Of a stretch of DNA of 38,274 bases, positions 1 through 8,342 are shown in pieces. Where the stretch lies: positions 1 through 38,274 of the forward strand of contig CAZHSR010000003.1 of the NCBI GenBank assembly GCA_964535155.1. Direction: 5' to 3'. The DNA is from an uncultured Candidatus Saccharibacteria bacterium (GTDB lineage Bacteria; Patescibacteriota; WWE3; UBA101185; UBA10185). A program made the translations under genes and the position numbers. The notes under the pieces are model-generated. The model saw nothing but the letters and a program-made list of their open reading frames with translations. It had not been told where the DNA came from and did not search any database. Numbering within the stretch: position 1 is the first letter of the stretch; the number at the start of each line of letters is the position of its first letter.

Positions 1-1175
1 AATATTGTGAAAGCAGAAAACAACGCCATTGAAAGGATTAAGGCGCTCCCCCACTTTTTACCTAACTTTGCAAAAAGGGATAAATAAAAATATGTTGAAA
101 GCAAAGCTAGACCCAAAAGGGAAGGTAAAATATATCGGTCTAATTTTTTGGAAGGAAGTGTAATTTGAATAAAGTAAAAAAAGCTGAAGAGAAATGCATA
201 TAAAAAGAATTTTCTCTCTTTGGAATTATACGATTTTAAAGTAAAAAAACTTCCTAGCGTGCCTAAAAGCAAAAATGGCGAAGAACGCAGAGCTAAAACA
301 ACAAAATAATAAGAGGGACCTGGATCCATTGTAAATTTATTATAGTAAAATTGTTCATGCCCAAGATCAACTCCAATGGAAGAAACCCCTCGATAAAGCT
401 CTGACAAAGCCTTTAAGGGCATTGTCCACATTGCTGGCCAGAAAATGATAAATGTTGCCAAAAAGACTAGGAGCCATTTTGTAAGTGAAAAGAAATTTTT
501 CTGAGGGGGCTTTGGTTGGAAAAAATAATCAATAATGGTTAACAGAGCCACAAAGGGAAGCATATAAATCGCAGAAGTTTTAGTTAGGAATGCTAGGCCT
601 GCAAAAACCGCAGAAATTGCTAAACGAGAAAACTTTTTGTCTTGCAGAAAATGGTAATACCATAAAAAGGAAGCCAACATTAAGGTGGACATTAGCCCTT
701 CCAGATGGAAAACCCGTGTTAAAGCGTAATAAAAAGGCTCAAAGAATAACAAAAGGGCAAAAAATAAGCTAAATCGCTTGCCAAAATGCTCCTTTAAAAC
801 ATGAAGTGTAAAGCCTAAAGCTGTTGCTATTGTGACAACCAGGAAAAGCTTTTGAACAAAGTGAAGTTCAAAGATTGTGGAAACAGAATTATCCAAAGGT
901 GCGTGCCCTAAAAAAACCTCATAGAAGCCGTTGTAAGCTTTTACTGACCAAACTCCTACCCACATTAAAGTTACACCAGGGTGATATTTTTGAATGGTTT
1001 TCTCAAAATCCAAAGTGAAAACTCCTTGACCAAAATCATAGGTGCGTGCTTTCCATTTCCACACATCGGTATTAAAAATTTCTTGGCCTAAATAAGGCAA
1101 GCGGGTAAGAATAAAGAAAAAAATTAGCAGTAGGACCAATTGGTTCTCTCTAAAGAACTTAGCAAATTTTGGCAT
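1..1175 (-). CDS. GT-C fold membrane glycosyltransferase (ArnT/PMT-like, GT39/GT83 type). N-terminal ~391 codons only; the gene runs off the left edge.
   Basis: Absent from the supplied track because it has no in-window stop. ATG at 1175-1173. I checked the frame by hand at five points and it stays open to base 3. The translation MPKFAKFFRENQLVLLLIFFFILTRLPYLGQEIF...KYHPGVTLMWVG...PSKKLDRYILP is a paralogue of the 2684-4321 protein (LTRLPYLGQD, YYHPGVTLMW, SKKIDRYLIP). Confidence 0.7.
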   Translation of the reverse strand, partial: MPKFAKFFRENQLVLLLIFFFILTRLPYLGQEIFNTDVWKWKARTYDFGQGVFTLDFEKTIQKYHPGVTLMWVGVWSVKAYNGFYEVFLGHAPLDNSVSTIFELHFVQKLFLVVTIATALGFTLHVLKEHFGKRFSLFFALLLFFEPFYYALTRVFHLEGLMSTLMLASFLWYYHFLQDKKFSRLAISAVFAGLAFLTKTSAIYMLPFVALLTIIDYFFQPKPPQKNFFSLTKWLLVFLATFIIFWPAMWTMPLKALSELYRGVSSIGVDLGHEQFYYNKFTMDPGPSYYFVVLALRSSPFLLLGTLGSFFTLKSYNSKERKFFLYAFLFSFFYFIQITLPSKKLDRYILPSLLGLALLSTYFYLSLFAKLGKKWGSALILSMALFSAFTI

Positions 1176-1179
1176 TACT

Positions 1180-2703
1180 TTACTTTTGCAAATCATCCTG
1201 AGAAGGAATTTTATAAATACAAATTGGGTCACCTCTTCTTAGAAAATTGGAAATAATAAAATCTGGGGTATTTTGAATTTTTACTTTGTCACAAAAGGAA
1301 AATAGGACAAAGGGGTACTCAAACTTGCTTGTTTTTTCTGGAAGCTTTTTTGCTAAAGGAGGCAAGGTCAAGTCAAGGTCAGAACCGTCATAATAAATTT
1401 TGTAAGTTTTTTGCTCAAGAATTGAGAGATTATCCTGATACCATTGCAAAGCCAATATCCTGGTATCCGTTCTTGCAAAAGCAATAGAATTTTTGAGGGA
1501 CATTCCAAGGGGAACAATAAAAATTAAGGTTAAAACAAATAGGTAAGCTTTTTTGGAAAGGCTTTTGGTAATTTCTGCTGCCACCCATCCGATGGAAAGA
1601 GCAATTAAAGGGTATGCCATCATATAATAATGGCTGCGGTTTTTAGAAAATCCTGAAACATAAAAAAGAAAAGCTAGAGCTGGTGGATAAAGGAGGGTTA
1701 AGGCTTGTATTTGAAAAATGGATATTTTTTTGGAAAGGATTTTGTGGATAAATAAGACCAGTCCGAAAACAAATAGGATTACAAAAACAAAACTCCAATC
1801 CGAAGGGAATTTGTCCAAAAAAGCAGAGAAAAATTGAGAAACTTGACTGGAAAAGGATCTACTACCAACATTTGTAAACTGCCAATAGGCGCCTTTGGGA
1901 CCATCGGTGCGACTAAAGGTTTTGTAGTCTAACAGGGCAAAGGGTGTGCCCAAAAGGAAACCTATTAGGGCAAAAATGGCGCTTGTGATAGGTTTGTAGC
2001 TATTTTTAATAATTTGTGGAAATGGGGGGTTTTTTCCAAGAAAGTAAACAAAAAATGCCACTGCAACTAAAAGGGCCGAAAGACCTCCATTATATTTTGT
2101 AGAAGCTGCCAAACCAACAAAAAATCCAGCTTTTATAAAGTTTTTTAAGGAAAAATCGGTTAAGATGCAGGCCGAAAAATATAAAACCCAGGCTACTAGA
2201 AAGGTCATTGGCGCATCTGTAAGGCTGTAGTGAGAATGATGCACACTAAAAGGGAGAAGTGTCATTGATAATGCACCTAATAGTGCAATGCGTTCATTAA
2301 AAAGTTTCTTACCTGCTAAATACACGGGCAAAGCAGTTAAAGCGCCAAGTGTGGCAGTAAAAATTCGAGTGATTAAATAAAAAACTAGGGTATCGTCCCA
2401 AATTATGGGGAAAATGGCGGAGGCAAAGGATTTTAAACTTATGATTTCTAAGCCCTCTCTAAAGGCTGCAAAGCTCATATATACAAAGTAGTTTAGATAA
2501 ATATATAAATGGGGCCAGTCAAAATGCTTTGGATTAGGGAAAAATCTAACACCTAAGGCGGATCTTACGATTGTAGGCTCATCTGGGTGGAAGATATAGG
2601 GAAATCCATGTGTGATACCAAAGAGGCGGAGAAAAAGGGCTAGAAAGATTATGCTAACTATTAACTTGTTCTGCTTAAGATAGCTAAAGGCGATTTTTAA
2701 CAT
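1180..2703 (-). CDS. GT-C fold membrane glycosyltransferase (ArnT/PMT-like family)
   Basis: 507 aa, polytopic with more than 10 hydrophobic segments. Acidic first-loop motif after TM1 (FHPDEPTIVRS), typical of GT-C enzymes. Lies in tandem with two paralogues; its stop is 5 nt from the next start. Confidence 0.7.
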   Translation of the reverse strand: MLKIAFSYLKQNKLIVSIIFLALFLRLFGITHGFPYIFHPDEPTIVRSALGVRFFPNPKHFDWPHLYIYLNYFVYMSFAAFREGLEIISLKSFASAIFPIIWDDTLVFYLITRIFTATLGALTALPVYLAGKKLFNERIALLGALSMTLLPFSVHHSHYSLTDAPMTFLVAWVLYFSACILTDFSLKNFIKAGFFVGLAASTKYNGGLSALLVAVAFFVYFLGKNPPFPQIIKNSYKPITSAIFALIGFLLGTPFALLDYKTFSRTDGPKGAYWQFTNVGSRSFSSQVSQFFSAFLDKFPSDWSFVFVILFVFGLVLFIHKILSKKISIFQIQALTLLYPPALAFLFYVSGFSKNRSHYYMMAYPLIALSIGWVAAEITKSLSKKAYLFVLTLIFIVPLGMSLKNSIAFARTDTRILALQWYQDNLSILEQKTYKIYYDGSDLDLTLPPLAKKLPEKTSKFEYPFVLFSFCDKVKIQNTPDFIISNFLRRGDPICIYKIPSQDDLQK

Positions 2704-4321
2704 ATACTCTCCAATAATTTAATCCGTTTATTTTCATTGTAAAATCGAGGTCAAACTGGTCATTGAGTTCATCAGGCACTTTTTCATTTGGACCTAATAC
2801 AACAATATCATAATTGGAAGGTCCAAATTCGCGGATGTCAAAAATGTGAGAGGATTTGTAGATTCTTGACATGGGCTTTGTGTCATAAAAGCCTAATTTG
2901 GGGGATTCTGTGGATTCCTCATAGGTTCCATATTTGGAAAGAATTTGGTTTTTTAGGTTGGGAATTCCTATACCGAAAGGCTTTTGAGCCACAATATAAT
3001 GGGCATTTTCTGGGGAGCCAACAAGGGGGGTAAAATATGTAAATTGATAAGGATGAAATGCAAAATTTAAAGATAATAGAGCCATAGTAGAGAGAATTAA
3101 AAAGGGTTTTTGGTATTTTTGAGGAATTGTTTTTTCATAACCAATGAAGCTAAAAAGACAAAGGAGGGGAAAAATGGGGATTAAGTAACGATCTATTTTT
3201 TTGGAAGATATTGTCATAGTTGCCATGTAACCTAAGTAGAAAATGGTAAGGATTATCCTTAAGGCCATGGGGTTTTTGCCTTTGATGGGGAGCAAAGAAT
3301 TAAATCTGCTAAGGATTATCCTTGGGAGATCTCGGCTTTTTTCAGCAGTTAGGGCAAAAACCCCCAAGTGCCTAAGGATAATCCTTGTAAAAAGTAGAAG
3401 CCCTATAAATAAAATCGGGGAAGTTTTTAGAAAAATTAAAACAGGATAAAAAGTTAAACCCGGATCAATGGTCTCTTGGCCAAAGTAAATTTGCTCATGC
3501 CCCTTGCGAATCCCAATTCTTTCAGCCTCAGTAAAAATTTTTGTTATTGTATCAATAGGAGCCACCCATGTTGCAGGAAAGAAAACAAAAACCGCCAGAA
3601 AAAACCCCATCAGGAAAAAGAAAATTTGGCGCAAAAGTTCCTTCGGTTGGTTAAAGTAACAAAAAACTAAAAAGGCCAATATAAAGGGCAAACCTCCAAT
3701 TGAGATACTTTTAGTCAAAAATGAAAATGCCAAGAAAACGCCAGAAGCAAAAACATACCACCTTGAAAATTTTTCATTAGGAAAAGCCGAAATATAAGCC
3801 AAAACCAGCGAAATCAGCAAAAAAAGGCTCAACAGAACATCCATGTGAAGCAAGCGAGAATTCCCAATAAAAAAAGGCTCCAAACTAAAAAACCCAACCA
3901 ACAAAACAGCCTTTTTTAAATCAAAGAGCTTCTTAAAGAGCCAAATCAAACCAAGAGAAAGCATCAACTGCGCAAAAACAACAGCATATTTTGCAACCGT
4001 ATGCATCAATATAAAATTTTCTTGATTATAAACCCGCAAAGAAGGCTCAATTTGTCGCACAATCTCTATAGCTACGCCCATGATCCACATTAAAGTCACT
4101 CCAGGATGATAATACTGATAAGTCCTTTCCCATTGATGAGCCTTTAAACCGTCAATAAACTGCTCCGATCTATAATGCCAATTTACTGCATCAGGATTTA
4201 TTGAATCTTGTCCTAAATAGGGAAGGCGCGTTAACAGAAAAAGTGCAACAAAAAGTGCAACCAAAAACCAAGAAGAGTTTATTAAACGATTAAAAAGACT
4301 AGTCGCTTTTTCCAAGAGCAT
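2684..4321 (-). CDS. GT-C fold membrane glycosyltransferase (ArnT/PMT-like family) carrying palindrome cluster A in frame
   Basis: The track ORF is 2684-4381. I prefer the ATG at 4321 (MLLEKATSLFN...), just before TM1. Paralogue motifs are shared with the 1-1175 gene. The segment RIILRHLGVFALTAEKSRDLPRIILSRFNSLLPIKGKNPMALRIIL is encoded by repeat cluster A. Confidence 0.7.
   Translation of the reverse strand: MLLEKATSLFNRLINSSWFLVALFVALFLLTRLPYLGQDSINPDAVNWHYRSEQFIDGLKAHQWERTYQYYHPGVTLMWIMGVAIEIVRQIEPSLRVYNQENFILMHTVAKYAVVFAQLMLSLGLIWLFKKLFDLKKAVLLVGFFSLEPFFIGNSRLLHMDVLLSLFLLISLVLAYISAFPNEKFSRWYVFASGVFLAFSFLTKSISIGGLPFILAFLVFCYFNQPKELLRQIFFFLMGFFLAVFVFFPATWVAPIDTITKIFTEAERIGIRKGHEQIYFGQETIDPGLTFYPVLIFLKTSPILFIGLLLFTRIILRHLGVFALTAEKSRDLPRIILSRFNSLLPIKGKNPMALRIILTIFYLGYMATMTISSKKIDRYLIPIFPLLCLFSFIGYEKTIPQKYQKPFLILSTMALLSLNFAFHPYQFTYFTPLVGSPENAHYIVAQKPFGIGIPNLKNQILSKYGTYEESTESPKLGFYDTKPMSRIYKSSHIFDIREFGPSNYDIVVLGPNEKVPDELNDQFDLDFTMKINGLNYWRVYVKNRL
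3248..3386. repeat. Palindrome cluster A: 3 perfect copies of AAGGATWATCCTT with a 63-bp period, inside a CDS
   Basis: Copies at 3248-3260, 3311-3323 and 3374-3386, separated by two 50-nt spacers. Spacer ends next to the outer copies are inverted repeats of each other (3261-3281 aaggccatggggtttttgcct versus 3351-3373 agggcaaaaacccccaagtgcct). Confidence 0.9.
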
Positions 4322-5300
4322 AAAGTACCCCTCCGATGAGGCTAACCAATAATCTGGAAAAGTGATACAAAATGGAGGCACTTAAAGCCATGGAAGCTGA
4401 AACTCCGACCATGCCAAGAAAGCTCATATATAAGGCATCTTGCACGCCAAATCCGTTGAGGGAAGGGATAAAAAATCCTGCAAAAGTTATGACTGGTAAA
4501 ACGAAGAGGGCAAATGTAAAGGGCACTTCTAGACCAAGGGCTAAGAAAACAAAGTATTGGGGCAAAATGGAAACGGCTTGAATTAGGAAAGAGGTCAGAA
4601 AAGCAATGAATAAAGCTTTTTTTGCGTCTTTATAAACTAGGAGGGAGTCACGAATTTTTCTGAAGAAACCAATTCTTTTTGCGAGTAAATTTAAAGACAA
4701 GAATCCAATTATTGCGGCAATCCAAAATCCTGAGAAAAGGGAAAATTTAAATAAAAAGACCCATAAAGAGTTGGCCTGAATTTCTGGGGGCAAAATTCCT
4801 ACCCAAAAGTCCATTGTTCTAATTAAACCAAAGTAGGAAATAAGAACTAGAGAAGCCATTCCTGTAAAACGCTCCATAAAAGTTGAGGAAAATCCAACTG
4901 CGTTATTTTTTATCTTGCGACCAAGCTGGTACATTTTGTAAACATCTCCACCAACACTTGTAGGCATAAAATTGTTGAAAAAAGATCCAATAAAGTAGAG
5001 ATTAATTAAGTATTTTGTGGAAACTTCTTCGGCATCTTCGGAAAGTAAAAGCATTTTCCAGCGTACGCCACCTATAAAATAATGAATGATGATAAAAATT
5101 GGGACGAAAATGGCGTATCTATAATCTAAAAGGCGAATATTTTCTATGAGTTCTGCGGTGTCAACACGAGTGAAAATTATTAATAACAAAATGGCGCTGG
5201 TGCCTAGTTTTAGGGCCATCTTTTTCCAAGATTTGTTCTTGGTTGTAGTAGTAGTCTCTAGTGTTTTTTCCTGCTCATTCATAACAAAAGAATTATACAC
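4299..5300 (-). CDS. UPF0104 / lysyl-phosphatidylglycerol-synthase-TM-like (flippase-like) membrane protein
   Basis: 333 aa with about 8 TM segments. The motif FMPTSVGGDVYK resembles the conserved GGD/GGE loop of this family. Such genes commonly accompany GT2/GT-C genes. The start could instead be M7 (5282). Confidence 0.55.
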   Translation of the reverse strand: MYNSFVMNEQEKTLETTTTTKNKSWKKMALKLGTSAILLLIIFTRVDTAELIENIRLLDYRYAIFVPIFIIIHYFIGGVRWKMLLLSEDAEEVSTKYLINLYFIGSFFNNFMPTSVGGDVYKMYQLGRKIKNNAVGFSSTFMERFTGMASLVLISYFGLIRTMDFWVGILPPEIQANSLWVFLFKFSLFSGFWIAAIIGFLSLNLLAKRIGFFRKIRDSLLVYKDAKKALFIAFLTSFLIQAVSILPQYFVFLALGLEVPFTFALFVLPVITFAGFFIPSLNGFGVQDALYMSFLGMVGVSASMALSASILYHFSRLLVSLIGGVLYALGKSD

Positions 5301-6072
5301 TAGTAATAAAGTATCTGTTGTACTCGTCCCCTTTTGTGTTAGTGGTGTAGGATTTTAGGATTTCTAGGTGGGCGTCTTGGCAAAGCTTTGTGGCTTCTTC
5401 GGTGGAGATGTAGTGACAATAGCGAATTGCTTCGACGCCTTTTGACCAGGTTAGTAAGTAATCGTGTTCTTCTAATTCTTTTAATTCGGAAAGGTTGATA
5501 TTTTGGCTTTCCCAAGGAGCAACATTTTTGGGAAAATTTGGGGCTTTTACAAATTCCCATGTGGAGAAGACTATTTTTCCTTGAGGGGCTAACAAGGCTT
5601 TAAGGATTTTTAACAGTTCTAATCTCTTTTCATACGAAGGGATGTGATGCAGGACTCCAAAAAGGGCTATAAGGTTAAATTTTTCCTTTGTGAAAGGTTC
5701 TTGCTCGAAGGGGTTTTTTGGATCTGAGCTTAAAATATCAATGGATTTGAAATCGGAATTGGGAAGGTTTTTTTGAGCTTTTTGGAGTAGAAAATCATCA
5801 AAGTCTATGCCAAAGTAATTGGCTTGATTAAAATTAGGAATTTTTTCCTTTAAGAAGAGCCCAAATCTTCCGTTTCCGCAGCCGACATCTAAAACTTTGG
5901 GGGTTTCTTTTAGAGCCTCGTTTGAGATTCCCTCTGAAGCTGTGTCTAGAAAAGGCAAGACGCCGTTCCACCCTTCCCAATAGTATTCTCTAGTGGAATC
6001 AAAGTGAGGTGCAACTCTGGAATAAAATTCTTTATTTATATCGTTAAGGGATTTAATAAGACTTGCATTCAT
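5293..6072 (-). CDS. Class I SAM-dependent methyltransferase, Trm9-like (candidate tRNA mcm5U34 methyltransferase)
   Basis: SAM motif I VLDVGCGNGRFG. N-terminal FYSRVAPHFDSTREYYW matches the Trm9 signature (yeast Trm9 VYNEIAPHFSQTRYKPW, recalled from memory). Also FGVLHHIPSYEKRLELL and the C-terminal IRYCHY (Trm9 YRYYHLY). Divergent from elp3. Confidence 0.7.
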   Translation of the reverse strand: MNASLIKSLNDINKEFYSRVAPHFDSTREYYWEGWNGVLPFLDTASEGISNEALKETPKVLDVGCGNGRFGLFLKEKIPNFNQANYFGIDFDDFLLQKAQKNLPNSDFKSIDILSSDPKNPFEQEPFTKEKFNLIALFGVLHHIPSYEKRLELLKILKALLAPQGKIVFSTWEFVKAPNFPKNVAPWESQNINLSELKELEEHDYLLTWSKGVEAIRYCHYISTEEATKLCQDAHLEILKSYTTNTKGDEYNRYFITSV

Positions 6073-6078
6073 AGTGTC

Positions 6079-6084
6079 AGTATA
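6079..6084 (-). promoter_or_regulatory. -10 box TATACT placed for a leaderless transcript of the Trm9-like gene
   Basis: The minus strand reads TATACT-gacact-ATG, with 6 nt between the hexamer and the start at 6072. No Shine-Dalgarno sequence. Confidence 0.45.
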
Positions 6085-6096
6085 ACCTATATTCTG

Positions 6097-6239
6097 AAGG
6101 ATAATCCTTGGAGAAATCTGGAGTTCAGCTTGTCATTAAAACTAAAACGCATAGTTGCCCAAAGGATTATCCTTAACGAAACTCAAGGTTTATCCTGTAA
6201 ATAAAGCTCAAAGTCCCATTTTGTTAAAGGATTATCCTT
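6097..6239. repeat. Palindrome cluster B: 3 perfect copies with a 65-bp period in the Trm9-like/elp3 divergent intergenic region
   Basis: Copies at 6097-6109, 6162-6174 and 6227-6239, with 52-nt spacers. A degenerate copy aaggtttatcctg lies at 6185-6197. Confidence 0.9.
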
Positions 6240-6247
6240 GGTATAAT
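6239..6247 (+). promoter_or_regulatory. Extended -10 (TGgTATAAT) of elp3
   Basis: TGGTATAAT lies 9 nt upstream of the ATG at 6257. Its TG is formed by the last T of palindrome copy B3 and the G that follows it. Confidence 0.45.
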
Positions 6248-6256
6248 AGACAAAGT

Positions 6257-7942
6257 ATGTATAAAACTGAAAAATATGCTTTTGACCCTTCTAAATACGA
6301 AGAGGAACTAATTGAAATCTTCAAAGCAGTCGACCAAATAAAAACCCCCGAATGGAATGGGGCTGTATTTAGATCCATTCAAGCAAAATATCCTAAAGAT
6401 AAAAGTAAAATGTTTAGTAAAAATGACTTAATAAAAGGCTATAGATACATCTTATCCAAAGGAAAAATCAAAGGAGGAATCGCTGGTAAAGCTACTGAGT
6501 CAAAAGACCTAATCCAAAAAATCCGTATGAAACCCATTAGAACCCTTTCTGGCGTGACACCAGTTACAGTCCTAACAAAGCCATGGGCGTGTCCGGGTAA
6601 ATGCATTTATTGCCCAAATGAGCCAAACATGCCAAAAAGCTATATTCAAAGCGAACCAGGGGCACAAAGAGCTGCTTTTTTGGACTTTGATCCATATATG
6701 CAGACAGCAAAAAGAATCCAGTCACTACAGCATATTGGGCATAACACAGAAAAGGTTGAGTTAATAGTCTTGGGAGGATCTTGGTCGGTATATCCAGAAA
6801 ATTACAAAAGATGGTTTATAAAACGGTGTTTTGAGGCAATGAATAATCCAGATGAGGAAAGTCCAAATTTAGAAGAAGCGGAAACTTCTTGGGAAGATCT
6901 AGCAAAACAACAAAAAATAAATGAGACAGCAGAACATAAATGCGTGGGACTTTCTTTGGAAACGCGCCCAGATTTAATTACAGAACAAGAGGTCGTTAAA
7001 CTTAGAAGATATGGGGCAACCAAAATTCAAATTGGGATACAAAGCTTAGACGATGAGATTTTGGCAAAAAATTTACGAGGGCACACTGCTTCTACAACAA
7101 AAAAAGCCTTTGAACTTTTGAGACTCTCCGGATTTAAAATTCATGCCCATTGGATGGTAAATTTATTCGGTGCTACTCCAGAAGGCGAAATTGAGGATTT
7201 TAAAAAGCTTTGGTCATCCGATTATTGCCCAGATGAGCTAAAAATTTACCCAACTTCGGTTATTGCAAACACAAAATTAGAGGAATTGTATAAATCTGGG
7301 GAGTATGTCCCCTACTCTACTGAAAAGCTCGTGGAGATTGTGGCAAAGCTAAAAACTATGGTTCCACCTTTTTGCAGGATAACAAGAGTAATTCGCGACA
7401 TCCCTTCACAAGAGATTGTAGCCGGAAGTAAAGTTTCTAATTTGAGGCAAGATGTTAAAAGGTATCTGGAAGAAATTGGCGAAGAGTGTGAATGCATTAG
7501 GTGCCGAGAAATTAGGCAAAATGAAGTGGAAGAAAGCGATTTGATTTTAAAAGTGGACGAATATAAAACTTCGGTTTCTAATGAGTATTTTTTATCTTTT
7601 GTAACGGAAGAAAATAAAATTGCGGGATTCTTGAGGCTTTCTGTGCCATTTGCTGAAAAAAGAGAAGGGCATTTTATTGAGGAGTTAAAAGATTCAGCAA
7701 TAATTAGAGAAGTGCATGTTTATGGGAGCGTTGTTGGTATAGGGAAAGAAGAGGAAGGGAAGGCACAACATTTTGGATTGGGAAAAAAGCTGATTGAAAA
7801 GGCGGAAGAAATTACAAGGGAAAATGGGATAGAAAATCTGGCTGTTATTTCAGCTATTGGAACAAGAGAATATTACAGGAAGAGGGGTTTTGATATAGGG
7901 GATGGGGATTTGTACATGCACAAACAGAAGCTCAACGACTAG
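6257..7942 (+). CDS. elp3: Elp3-family radical SAM / GNAT acetyltransferase (tRNA U34 cm5 modification enzyme)
   Basis: Radical SAM cluster motif CPGKCIYCP. C-terminal GNAT block IREVHVYG...QHFGLGKKLIEKAEEI...ISAIGTREYYRKRGF is typical of Elp3. The track ORF starts at TTG 6155; I prefer ATG 6257 (MYKTEKY...), downstream of the -10 box. Confidence 0.85.
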   Translation: MYKTEKYAFDPSKYEEELIEIFKAVDQIKTPEWNGAVFRSIQAKYPKDKSKMFSKNDLIKGYRYILSKGKIKGGIAGKATESKDLIQKIRMKPIRTLSGVTPVTVLTKPWACPGKCIYCPNEPNMPKSYIQSEPGAQRAAFLDFDPYMQTAKRIQSLQHIGHNTEKVELIVLGGSWSVYPENYKRWFIKRCFEAMNNPDEESPNLEEAETSWEDLAKQQKINETAEHKCVGLSLETRPDLITEQEVVKLRRYGATKIQIGIQSLDDEILAKNLRGHTASTTKKAFELLRLSGFKIHAHWMVNLFGATPEGEIEDFKKLWSSDYCPDELKIYPTSVIANTKLEELYKSGEYVPYSTEKLVEIVAKLKTMVPPFCRITRVIRDIPSQEIVAGSKVSNLRQDVKRYLEEIGEECECIRCREIRQNEVEESDLILKVDEYKTSVSNEYFLSFVTEENKIAGFLRLSVPFAEKREGHFIEELKDSAIIREVHVYGSVVGIGKEEEGKAQHFGLGKKLIEKAEEITRENGIENLAVISAIGTREYYRKRGFDIGDGDLYMHKQKLND

Positions 7943-7943
7943 A

Positions 7944-8342
7944 CTAAAGAAACGAATCCAAAGAGCGATCATCAGTAACATTGGTTGTAGGTAGAGCTGC
8001 TCCCGCATCAGATATAAATTCTCGAGCTACTTCTTCTGGAACACCTTTCTGCTCACAATCGAGAATGTATCTAGCTAGGTCGTAACCATACCTTTGTACT
8101 TCTCCTAGTGAATCAGGTTCAATAGTATCTCCGCTCTTGAGAGCATCCAAATACACTCGGTACCCCTCCGTATGCATGGGCTTAACCTGAGAATCAGCCT
8201 CCGAAGAATGTATAAATTGTACACTCTGTTCCTCAAGCGCCCTAAAGGCTAAATATCTCCTAGCCAAATCATACCCACCAGAGGATAGGCTTTCATCATT
8301 AACTAATCTTCCATAAAGTTCTGCTTTTGACTTTTCATCCAT
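7944..8342 (-). CDS. Hypothetical small acidic protein with an internal GYDLAR-x-YL duplication
   Basis: 132 aa. Contains GGYDLARRYLAF and YGYDLARYILDC. Strong SD (TAGGAGtaatgtATG), unlike its leaderless neighbours. Local GC is about 42-45% by hand count on two 60-nt lines, against 18-38% for neighbouring lines. Confidence 0.5.
   Translation of the reverse strand: MDEKSKAELYGRLVNDESLSSGGYDLARRYLAFRALEEQSVQFIHSSEADSQVKPMHTEGYRVYLDALKSGDTIEPDSLGEVQRYGYDLARYILDCEQKGVPEEVAREFISDAGAALPTTNVTDDRSLDSFL

Noticed and set aside
590-772. Short ORFs antisense to or overlapping long genes. Examples: 590-772, 2788-3033, 3243-3449, 3476-3670, 4372-4581, 5146-5358, 5339-5560, 6004-6204, 6802-7023, 11264-11464, 13367-13582, 20096-20389, 20479-20876, 24451-24663, 26924-27229, 28545-28871, 29042-29826, 30533-30763, 36034-36432 and 36571-36909
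   Set aside because: All are embedded in or antisense to much longer ORFs with clear family signatures. They have low-complexity or basic composition typical of antisense reading of AT-rich genes. They are not reported as genes.
3248-3386. CRISPR array interpretation of the palindrome clusters, since the 63-65 bp period resembles a typical repeat-plus-spacer length
   Set aside because: The conserved repeat is only 13 bp and each locus has only 2-3 units. The spacers are homologous to one another between loci and not unique. Three loci lie inside intact ORFs. There are no cas genes or leader sequence in the window.
6155-6256. N-terminal 34-aa extension of Elp3 in the track ORF, which would place palindromes B2 and B3 in coding sequence
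   Set aside because: The extension starts at a TTG and has no similarity to Elp3 N-termini. An extended -10 box sits just before ATG 6257. The 65-bp repeat period here is not codon-phased.
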